Shown here one piece after another: positions 6,476-13,329 of a stretch of 32,000 nt of DNA. The notes under the pieces are model-generated. The model saw only the letters and a program-made list of their open reading frames with translations. It did no database searches and was not told where the DNA came from. This DNA is from an uncultured archaeon (lineage in GTDB: Archaea; Iainarchaeota; Iainarchaeia; Iainarchaeales; DATDZZ01): NCBI GenBank assembly GCA_964373795.1, contig CAYJVY010000001.1, positions 1-32,000 on the forward strand. Reading direction: 5' to 3'. Within the stretch, counting starts at the first letter, position 1; every line of letters begins with the position of its first letter. A program made the translations under genes and the position numbers.

Positions 6476-6952
6476 ATGAAAAAATTTTTAGCAGTTTTAT
6501 TGTTAATTCTTTTTTTGCTTTCAGCAGCAAATGCATTCAAAAACAATGATTCAAATAATAAAGTTTTAAACAAATATATTGTACAATCCAAATTCGTAGT
6601 TGGAAAAGATTTTCTTGGATGCAAAAAATTTAAAGAATTTTCCAAATATCCTGTGCCGAATTTTTTTATTAAAGTTTCCAAAAAAGGATTTAATGAAAAA
6701 ATTTTTGAAGCACGTTTTGGAAAAGTATTAAGTAAAGGAGTTGCTTGCACTCTTTTTTTTGAAAGGAAATCAAAATATTGTGAATTGTATTGTGTTACTT
6801 CAACTAAAGCTTTGGTTGAAAATCCTCCAATTCCTTATCCAATAAGGCTTCCTGAAACCCTTATTCAAAAAATAATTTCAAAGAATTCTTTAAACCCTAA
6901 TTGGAGTGAAAAAACTCCTTTTCTAGATGTAAGGCCTTTTAGTTCAAGGTAA
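6476..6952 (+). CDS. secreted hypothetical protein (158 aa from ATG 6476)
   Basis: Sec-type signal MKKFLAVLLLILFLLSAANA begins at the second in-frame ATG. No family recognised. Confidence 0.55.
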   Translation: MKKFLAVLLLILFLLSAANAFKNNDSNNKVLNKYIVQSKFVVGKDFLGCKKFKEFSKYPVPNFFIKVSKKGFNEKIFEARFGKVLSKGVACTLFFERKSKYCELYCVTSTKALVENPPIPYPIRLPETLIQKIISKNSLNPNWSEKTPFLDVRPFSSR

Positions 6953-7068
6953 TAATTCAAAGCAAAAACCAATGTTTTTAAACCATTCCATGCAAAAAAT
7001 CTTTAGAAAATCTTTTTCTGTAGCTCCACTTTTAAAGTGTTGAGCCACATACACCGAGAGGTGAATTA

Positions 7069-7683
7069 ATGAGTGTATTTGAAGTTCCAGCACAAGAATT
7101 AATTGAAGAAATAGCAGTTGACTTAAAGGAAAATAAAAAAGTTCCTCAGCCAACATTTGTTCCATTCATTAAATCAGGAGTTCATAGAGAAAGAGCTCCT
7201 CAAAACAAGGATTGGTGGTTTATTAGAACTGCTTCAATTTTGAGAAGAATTTACATTGATGGCCCTCTAGGAACTGAAGACCTTAGAAACTATTATGGTG
7301 GAAAAAAAGCTAGAGGAGTTCGCCCGCATAGAAAAAGAAAGGCAAGCGGAAAAGTAATTAGAACTTGCTTGCAAGCACTTGAAAAACAAAAATTAATTGA
7401 ACAAGTAAAACCTTTAGGAAGAAAAATTACTTCTTTAGGAGAAAAATACTTAAATCAAAAAGCTAAAGAGGTTTCATTAAATTTGGAAAACATTTTAAAA
7501 GAAAAAGCTGTTGAAAAAATTAAACAAATGCAGAAAAGAACTGAAAGAGACAGAGAATTACAAGAAGCAAGAAAGGTTAAAGCAGAAATCCAAAAAACAG
7601 TGAAAAAAGAAAAAATAAAGAAGAAAAAAGAAGACGAAAAAAAGGAAGAAGTTGAAAAAAAGAAAGAAAAAAAGAAAAAATAA
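7069..7683 (+). CDS. rps19e: 30S ribosomal protein S19e with about 65-aa Lys/Glu-rich C-terminal extension
   Basis: Conserved S19e blocks (KSGVHRERAPQNKDWWFIRTASILRRIY, YGGKKARGVRPHRKRKASGKVIRTCLQALEK). Strong SD GAGGTGA at 7058-7064. Confidence 0.9.
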   Translation: MSVFEVPAQELIEEIAVDLKENKKVPQPTFVPFIKSGVHRERAPQNKDWWFIRTASILRRIYIDGPLGTEDLRNYYGGKKARGVRPHRKRKASGKVIRTCLQALEKQKLIEQVKPLGRKITSLGEKYLNQKAKEVSLNLENILKEKAVEKIKQMQKRTERDRELQEARKVKAEIQKTVKKEKIKKKKEDEKKEEVEKKKEKKKK

Positions 7684-7695
7684 AGAGATTAAAGC

Positions 7696-8022
7696 ATGTT
7701 AGAAGAGGAAGAAATTAAAAGCAAAAAATTAAATGAATTAAAGCAACAAGCATTACTACAACAAAAACAGCAAGAAAAAGAATTAGTTGCAGAGCAACAA
7801 GTTGATTACATTTTAAGACAGGTTTTAACTCCTGAAGCAAAGCAAAGACTTTCAAACATTAGACTAGTAAACAAGCAATTGTATTTACAAGTAGCTCAAG
7901 GATTAATTCAATTAGTTAAAGCAAAACAAATTGATGAAAAAATATCTGATGAACAATTAAAAGCATTACTTGAAAATGTTTCTTCAAGAGGGAGAAAAGA
8001 AATTAATATTAAAAGAATGTGA
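7696..8022 (+). CDS. dsDNA-binding protein, PDCD5/MTH1615 family
   Basis: Motif ILRQVLTPEAKQRLSNIRLVN ... LIQLVKAKQI..KISDEQLKALLE matches the PDCD5/TFAR19 family. Its position after rps19e is the conserved archaeal order. Confidence 0.8.
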   Translation: MLEEEEIKSKKLNELKQQALLQQKQQEKELVAEQQVDYILRQVLTPEAKQRLSNIRLVNKQLYLQVAQGLIQLVKAKQIDEKISDEQLKALLENVSSRGRKEINIKRM

Positions 8023-8032
8023 GGAAAAAAAA

Positions 8033-8221
8033 ATGGCTTCGAATAGAGATCAAGACTTGAAAGATTTTTTAATTGCAATCCGGAAAAAAATTGGTGCAGG
8101 AGTAACTAATGCTCCTGTATGGGCAATGCAAAAAGCAGGGAAAAGAATTTGGAATCAGTATGGAAAAAGGCATTGGAGAAGCACTAATTTAGGAAAGCAA
8201 TTCAGAAAAGAAAACGATTAA
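8033..8221 (+). CDS. rpl39e: 50S ribosomal protein L39e
   Basis: NAPVWAMQKAG...GKRHWRSTNLG matches the L39e signature (VP.W ... RHWRRTKL). Start moved to ATG 8033 (SD-like GTGAGGA upstream), because the track start 7970 overlaps the upstream gene. Confidence 0.85.
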   Translation: MASNRDQDLKDFLIAIRKKIGAGVTNAPVWAMQKAGKRIWNQYGKRHWRSTNLGKQFRKEND

Positions 8222-8232
8222 AGAGTGATTAA

Positions 8233-8664
8233 ATGACTGAAAAAACTCAACAAGACTATGTTGTTCCTTTTTATAATGCAATGCTTAGAGGTTGGAAGGT
8301 TCGCACAAATAATGCTTTAAAGGAATTAAAAAAATTTGTTTCAAGACATTGGAGAAATGACAATATTGTAATAACTGGGGAAGTGAATGAATTTATTTGG
8401 AGAAGAGGAAAATTCAAGATTCCAAACAAGATTGAAGTTACAACTAAAAAAGTTGACGGAAATATTAGAGTTTACTTGAAAGGCTCAAAATTAATTGAAG
8501 AAGAAAAAAAGAAGCTAGAACAAGAAAAGAAAAAAAAGGAAGAAAAAAAAGTGGAAAAGAAAACAGAAGAACCTAAAGAAAAAGAAGAAGAATTAAAAAG
8601 AAAACAAGAAGAAAAAAACGCAAAAGAAGACGCGCAAAAAAAAATGGAAATCAAGAAGGGATAA
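8233..8664 (+). CDS. rpl31e: 50S ribosomal protein L31e with about 55-aa Lys/Glu-rich C-terminal extension
   Basis: Core ALKELKKFVSRHWRNDNIVITGEVNEFIWRRGKFKIPNKIEV matches L31e. SD GAGTGAT upstream. Confidence 0.85.
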   Translation: MTEKTQQDYVVPFYNAMLRGWKVRTNNALKELKKFVSRHWRNDNIVITGEVNEFIWRRGKFKIPNKIEVTTKKVDGNIRVYLKGSKLIEEEKKKLEQEKKKKEEKKVEKKTEEPKEKEEELKRKQEEKNAKEDAQKKMEIKKG

Positions 8665-8679
8665 GTAATAGGGTTAAAC

Positions 8680-9336
8680 ATTGAAAAAGGAGATATTCTT
8701 TCCAGCCCTTATGTTGGAATTTTTGCTTCAATTACAGACAAGATCGGTTTATTCCCATTAGAATTGGATAAAAAGCAAGCAAAAAAATTTGAAGATTTTT
8801 TTGGAGTAGAAATAATTCAAACAAGTATTGCAAATAGTTCTTTAATTGGAATTCTAGTTAAAGGAAATTCTAATGGATTTATTGTACCAAAAATAATTGA
8901 AGAAGAAGAAAAAAAAAGGTTTAAAGAACAAGGAATTAAATTCAAGGAAATTAAATCAGAATTCACTTCAATTGGAAATCTCTTAGCTTTAAATGATTCG
9001 ATTGGCATTGCAAGCGAGTTATTTTCAAACAAGGTAATTAAAGAAATGGAGAAATTTCTTAAAACAAAGTTAATTAAAAAAAATCTAGCAAATAATTATT
9101 TAACTGGAGCAAACCTTGTAATTACAGGCAAAGGATTTATAGTGAATCCAAACATTTCAGAAAAGGAATTTAAATTCCTTGAAAAAACACTTAATTTAAA
9201 AGGAATGGCTACAACAATAAATTACGGGGATCAATTCGTTTCAAACAGTTTAATAGCAAATAGTTTTGGAATATTTGCAGGAAAACTTTCAACAGGATTT
9301 GAAATGCTTAGAGTAGATGAATCATTAAACAAATAG
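8680..9336 (+). CDS. eif6: translation initiation factor 6 (aIF6); 5' end uncertain, probable non-canonical ATT start
   Basis: aIF6 pentein-repeat sequence. The frame is open from 8665, and residues IEKGDILSSPYVGIFASITDKIGLFPLEL upstream of the track start (TTG 8764) align with the conserved aIF6 N-terminus. There is no in-frame ATG/GTG/TTG in 8665-8763. Confidence 0.8.
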   Translation: MEKGDILSSPYVGIFASITDKIGLFPLELDKKQAKKFEDFFGVEIIQTSIANSSLIGILVKGNSNGFIVPKIIEEEEKKRFKEQGIKFKEIKSEFTSIGNLLALNDSIGIASELFSNKVIKEMEKFLKTKLIKKNLANNYLTGANLVITGKGFIVNPNISEKEFKFLEKTLNLKGMATTINYGDQFVSNSLIANSFGIFAGKLSTGFEMLRVDESLNK

Positions 9337-9347
9337 AAGGAGATTAA

Positions 9348-9527
9348 ATGACTGAATTTGAAGTAAAAGGAATAATAACTGTAAAAAAGCAGACAAAAAA
9401 ATTCACTAAAAAAGTTACAGCTCCAAATGAAAAAATGGCTAGAGAATTCACTTATTGCTTAATTGGATCAAATCATAAAATGCCAAGAAGATTTATTTCA
9501 ATTAATGAAGTAAAACAATTAGCTTAA
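9348..9527 (+). CDS. rplX: 50S ribosomal protein LX (L18Ae family), 59 aa
   Basis: Not in the ORF track (below 60 aa). Hand translation: MTEFEVKGIITVKKQTKKFTKKVTAPNEKMAREFTYCLIGSNHKMPRRFISINEVKQLA. SD GGAGAT upstream. It occupies the canonical slot between aIF6 and pfdA. Confidence 0.75.
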   Translation: MTEFEVKGIITVKKQTKKFTKKVTAPNEKMAREFTYCLIGSNHKMPRRFISINEVKQLA

Positions 9528-9528
9528 A

Positions 9529-10038
9529 ATGAAGGAAAAAAAAATGGTTGAAGAAAAAAAAATTGAATTAACTTCTCAACAGCTTGAAGCATTATATTCA
9601 CAGGAAAGATCTAGACTTGAAACAATTAATAGACAAAAAAACTATTTAATTAACATATTAAATGAACACGATGCAACAATTAATGCATTAAATGAAATAA
9701 ATAAAACAAAAGAAAAAGAAATACTAGTTCCATTAGGCGGAGGAGTATTTGTTGATGCGACCCTTGGCAGTAAAAAAGTGAAAACCAGTTTAACAAACAA
9801 TGTATTAATGGATTCAACTATTGAAGAAACAGTTAAAGAGTTGGAGAAAAAAAAGTCCGAAATAAAAGAAGGACTTGAAAAACTAGAAAAAGATCAAAAC
9901 AACATCATAACAAACATTAATAATTTGGGAAGAATCATTAACATTGGAAGACAACAATCTCAAAAATTCAGAGAAGAACAATTAAAAACTGAAAATAAGA
10001 CAGATGAATCAAAAAAGAAAGAATTAAAGAAAAAATAG
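9529..10038 (+). CDS. pfdA: prefoldin alpha subunit
   Basis: Coiled coil, beta-hairpin core (ILVPLGGGVFVDATL), coiled coil. Conserved position upstream of ftsY. An alternative start is ATG 9544. Confidence 0.8.
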   Translation: MKEKKMVEEKKIELTSQQLEALYSQERSRLETINRQKNYLINILNEHDATINALNEINKTKEKEILVPLGGGVFVDATLGSKKVKTSLTNNVLMDSTIEETVKELEKKKSEIKEGLEKLEKDQNNIITNINNLGRIINIGRQQSQKFREEQLKTENKTDESKKKELKKK

Positions 10039-10075
10039 TTTTGAAATCTTTTTCTTTCTCTGAGTGTGAACGGTA

Positions 10076-11269
10076 ATGTTTGATTTTCTTAAAAAAAAGA
10101 TTTCACAATTCACTGAAAAAGTAAAAGATGTTCTTCAAAAAAAAGCAGTTGAAAAACCTGAAGAAAAAATTGTTCAACCTATTTCTGAAAAAGAAAAAAC
10201 TGAAGAAGAAGAAAAATCTGAAATTGAAGAAAATATTAAAACAACTGCCGAAACTCTTTCAAAAGAAGAACAAGAAGTCATTGGGAAAAAAGTTGAACAA
10301 AAAATAGAACTCCCTGTAGAAAGAGTTAAAGGTTTAAGTGAAGAAGTTCAAAAACTGAGGGAAGAAAAAGGAAGAGAATTAAAAGCCAAAACAAGGGTTT
10401 CAAAACAATTAACTAGTTTTTTGTTTGGCGGAATAACAATTGAAGAAAAAGATGTTACAGATTTTTTATGGGAGTTTGAATTATCTTTGCTTGAAGCAGA
10501 TGTAGAGCAAGAAACTGCTCAAGAAATAGTTCAAGAAATTAAAAAAGAATTGATTGGAAAAAAATTGAAGAGAGGAGAAGACTTAACTGGGTTTCTGAAA
10601 AAAGAAATTACTACTGCTTTAATTAAAGTAATGGGAAACCATGAAGAAGATTTGTTTTCAAAAATTCAAGGAAAAAAACCTTTTGTAATATTAATGCTTG
10701 GCCCAAACGGAGCAGGAAAAACAACTACTATTGCTAAACTAACTCATTTAATGCAAAAAAATGGAAAAAAAGTTGTTTTAGCTTCAGCTGATACTTTTAG
10801 AGCTGGAAGTATCGAACAAATAGAAGTTCATGCAAAAAAATTGAATGCAAGAGTAATAAAGCATTCTTATGGATCTGATCCAGCTGCAGTTGCATTTGAT
10901 GCAGTGAAAGCAGCTGAAGCCTCTAAAGCAGATATAGTATTAATTGATTCAGCTGGAAGGCAAGAAACAAACAAAAACTTAATGCAAGAATTGCAAAAAA
11001 TTAATAGAGTAGTTAAACCTGATTTAAAGATTTTCGTAGGAGAAGCATTATCTGGAAATGCTTTACTAGAACAAGCAACTAAATTTAATCAAGAACTAGG
11101 GTTAGATGGATTTATTTTAACCAAAATTGACACTGATGCAAAAGGGGGAACAAGCATTTCATTGCTATATAAATTAGATAAACCAATTTTTTTTGTAGGA
11201 ATAGGGCAACACTACGATGATTTAGTAAAATTTTCTCCGGAATTCATTCTAAAAAGAATTATTTCATGA
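10076..11269 (+). CDS. ftsY: signal recognition particle receptor FtsY
   Basis: SRP-GTPase motifs GPNGAGKTTTIAKL, DTFRAGSIEQ, DSAGRQ, TKIDTDAKGG. Acidic N-terminal A-domain. Confidence 0.95.
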   Translation: MFDFLKKKISQFTEKVKDVLQKKAVEKPEEKIVQPISEKEKTEEEEKSEIEENIKTTAETLSKEEQEVIGKKVEQKIELPVERVKGLSEEVQKLREEKGRELKAKTRVSKQLTSFLFGGITIEEKDVTDFLWEFELSLLEADVEQETAQEIVQEIKKELIGKKLKRGEDLTGFLKKEITTALIKVMGNHEEDLFSKIQGKKPFVILMLGPNGAGKTTTIAKLTHLMQKNGKKVVLASADTFRAGSIEQIEVHAKKLNARVIKHSYGSDPAAVAFDAVKAAEASKADIVLIDSAGRQETNKNLMQELQKINRVVKPDLKIFVGEALSGNALLEQATKFNQELGLDGFILTKIDTDAKGGTSISLLYKLDKPIFFVGIGQHYDDLVKFSPEFILKRIIS

Positions 11270-11283
11270 AATTACTCTTTCGC

Positions 11284-11297
11284 AAAAAATTAAATAC
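11284..11297 (+). promoter_or_regulatory. BRE/TATA AAAAAATTAAATAC about 27 nt upstream of ATG 11319
   Basis: Read directly. No SD between box and ATG, consistent with a leaderless mRNA. Confidence 0.45.
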
Positions 11298-11318
11298 TTC
11301 AATACAACATATAATTTA

Positions 11319-13292
11319 ATGCAAAAAAACAATTCACAAGCCCAGGTTTCTTTAGAATATTTGTTGATTTGGGGAGTAGTTTTTGTTGGGGTTTTAATTG
11401 GAGCCTATGTTGTTATAACAAATTTTAATATAGCTTTAAATGCAGTAAAAAATGAAGCAACTGGAACAGCAGAAACTGGAACTACTCCTTCAAACCAAGA
11501 ACAAGGAACACTAATTTTGTCTGTAACTGACGCTCCTGTAGAGGGATTAAAGGAATTAAATATTACTTTAAGTGGAGTTGAAGTGCATAAAGATGGTAAA
11601 TGGTTTTCAATTCAACCAGCACAAAAAAGCTTTGAATTGCTTAAATTAGCTGATGCAGCAGAGGTAATTGGAGTAAAGAATTTGCCCATAGGAAAATATA
11701 CTCAAGTCAGATTACAAGTAGTTAAAGCAACAATAAAATTTGAAAATGGTTCGACAGCAAATGTTAAAGTTCCAAGTGGAGAAATAAAACTAGTCGATGA
11801 ATTCACAATAGAAAAAGATCAAAATATTTATTTGTATTTAGACTTTAAACCTGAAAGTCTGATAAAAGAAACAGGAAATCAATTCATTTTAAGGCCAGTA
11901 ATAAAATTGCAGAACTTTGATGAATTTGGAAAAGATTTATGTGAAAGCACTAGTTGTAGTGATGGAAATCCTTGTACAGAAGACAGTTGTAATGCTAGGT
12001 TTTGTAAAAATAGACCTGTTAAAGACGGAGTTAGTTGTGGAAATAATGGAGTATGCAAATCAGGAGTATGTGTTGATAAAACTATTACAACAACAGATCC
12101 TTGCAGTAAAATAAATTTTTCAAGATCTGGACAAGACTTAAGTACTCCTGAAAATGTTTGGTTTTTCTATCCTGGAAGTTCAGTTTTATCTGACTTAGAT
12201 GGAGATAAAGATTTAGACTTGGTTCAAAGCGGGGAAGTTAGTGATGAACAAATTCCTTGGATGCCATCAAGTTTCAAATTAGCTAAAGTAAAAGTGTTTT
12301 TTAACGACGGAAAAGGAAAGTTCACTGATTCAGGGCAATGGCTTGGATATCATACAATGTTTTCTGCAGTAGAAGACATTGATGGAGACAACGATAAAGA
12401 TATTGTTACAGGAACCTGGTATTACGGCGCTTCTATAAAAGTTTACTTAAATAATGGCCAAGGACAATTCACTGAATTGCCTCAAGACCCAAATGAAATT
12501 GGATGGGTTCCTTATATTGGTTTACAATACCTTCCAAGACTAGCAGACCTTGATGGAGATAAAGACTTGGATTTACATATAGGTTTATGGCCTTCTTCAA
12601 AACCTGGAAGTTTTATTTTATTAAACGATGGAAAAGGAAATTTTAAGAAAGCACTTAATACTGGATTAGAAAACAGGCCTTCAAGTCTTTCAGTTGAAGC
12701 AGGTGGAACAATTTCATCAGCAATATTTGATTTTGATAAAGATGGAGACAACGATTTAGTTGAAGAAAGTTATACTTGGTATCCAGAATACAAACACACT
12801 TATTGGATTTACAAAAATAATGGAAGCGCTCAATTCACTTTAACTCAAAAACAAGACGCGTCATGGGGAAGCGGCATTGGATATGCAGATTTTGATAGAG
12901 ACGGGGATATTGATTTTATAAGTGCATCTATTATTTTCAAAAACGATGGAAATGGGGTTTTCACAATGAGTGCATTCCCATATTATGTAGCATCATACTA
13001 TAACGATCCTATAACAGATATTGATAATGTAAATGGCCCAGACTTATTTAATGGATCTAATTATGCAATGCTAAATAATGGTGATGGAACTTTTACTCCA
13101 TGCTACCTTCCAAACCTAGCTCCTCCAAATAGTTCAAATATTTACTACAATTACGTACTTGGCTTTGGAGACGTTGACGGAGACGGAGACAATGATGCAA
13201 GTACATTGATTTACGTGTATAATGTAGTCAATGGAAACATTCAATATGATGTGAATATAGATATCTTAGTTAACAAATTAATCCCAAATTGA
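11319..13292 (+). CDS. surface protein: class III (type IV pilin-like) signal, DUF4382-like domain, 8-Cys module, 7-repeat FG-GAP/VCBS propeller
   Basis: N-terminus MQKNNSQAQVSLEYLLIWGVVFVGVLIGAYVVI (QxSxEyL class III motif). TDAP...VPSGEIKL...LDFKPESL resembles DUF4382. Cys module at aa 208-252. Seven Asp-rich Ca-loop repeats: DLDGDKDLDL, DIDGDNDKDI, DLDGDKDLDL, DFDKDGDNDL, DFDRDGDIDF, DIDNVNGPDL, DVDGDGDNDA. Confidence 0.8.
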   Translation: MQKNNSQAQVSLEYLLIWGVVFVGVLIGAYVVITNFNIALNAVKNEATGTAETGTTPSNQEQGTLILSVTDAPVEGLKELNITLSGVEVHKDGKWFSIQPAQKSFELLKLADAAEVIGVKNLPIGKYTQVRLQVVKATIKFENGSTANVKVPSGEIKLVDEFTIEKDQNIYLYLDFKPESLIKETGNQFILRPVIKLQNFDEFGKDLCESTSCSDGNPCTEDSCNARFCKNRPVKDGVSCGNNGVCKSGVCVDKTITTTDPCSKINFSRSGQDLSTPENVWFFYPGSSVLSDLDGDKDLDLVQSGEVSDEQIPWMPSSFKLAKVKVFFNDGKGKFTDSGQWLGYHTMFSAVEDIDGDNDKDIVTGTWYYGASIKVYLNNGQGQFTELPQDPNEIGWVPYIGLQYLPRLADLDGDKDLDLHIGLWPSSKPGSFILLNDGKGNFKKALNTGLENRPSSLSVEAGGTISSAIFDFDKDGDNDLVEESYTWYPEYKHTYWIYKNNGSAQFTLTQKQDASWGSGIGYADFDRDGDIDFISASIIFKNDGNGVFTMSAFPYYVASYYNDPITDIDNVNGPDLFNGSNYAMLNNGDGTFTPCYLPNLAPPNSSNIYYNYVLGFGDVDGDGDNDASTLIYVYNVVNGNIQYDVNIDILVNKLIPN

Positions 13293-13294
13293 AA

Positions 13295-13306
13295 ATATTT
13301 AAATAC
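13295..13306 (+). promoter_or_regulatory. TATA box ATATTTAAATAC about 29 nt upstream of ATG 13330
   Basis: Read directly. Same architecture as at 11284, 3861 and 26285. Confidence 0.45.
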
Positions 13307-13329
13307 TTTAAAACTCTAATCAATTCAAG

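Noticed and set aside
7970-8032. Upstream extension of L39e from the track start (7970)
   Set aside because: It overlaps the 3' end of the PDCD5-like gene in another frame. L39e homology begins after ATG 8033, which has an SD-like GTGAGGA.
7560-8660. Purine-rich GAA/AAG/AAA tracts considered as DNA-level satellite repeats
   Set aside because: They are in frame within rps19e and rpl31e and encode the Lys/Glu tails. They have no fixed repeat unit at the nucleotide level.
8472-9032. Antisense ORFs 8472-8681(-) and 8817-9032(-); likewise 4411-4668, 5554-5736, 6445-6750, 6944-7165, 12512-12751, 14445-14741, 15725-16093, 17247-17600, 17857-18418, 19599-19790, 22192-22407, 24157-25080, 26469-26679, 27515-28415, 28688-29364 and 31667-31927
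   Set aside because: Each lies opposite a well-supported gene with recognisable motifs. Purine-rich (GAA/AAA) coding strands naturally leave the antisense frames open. The translations are Phe/Ser/Leu-rich low complexity.
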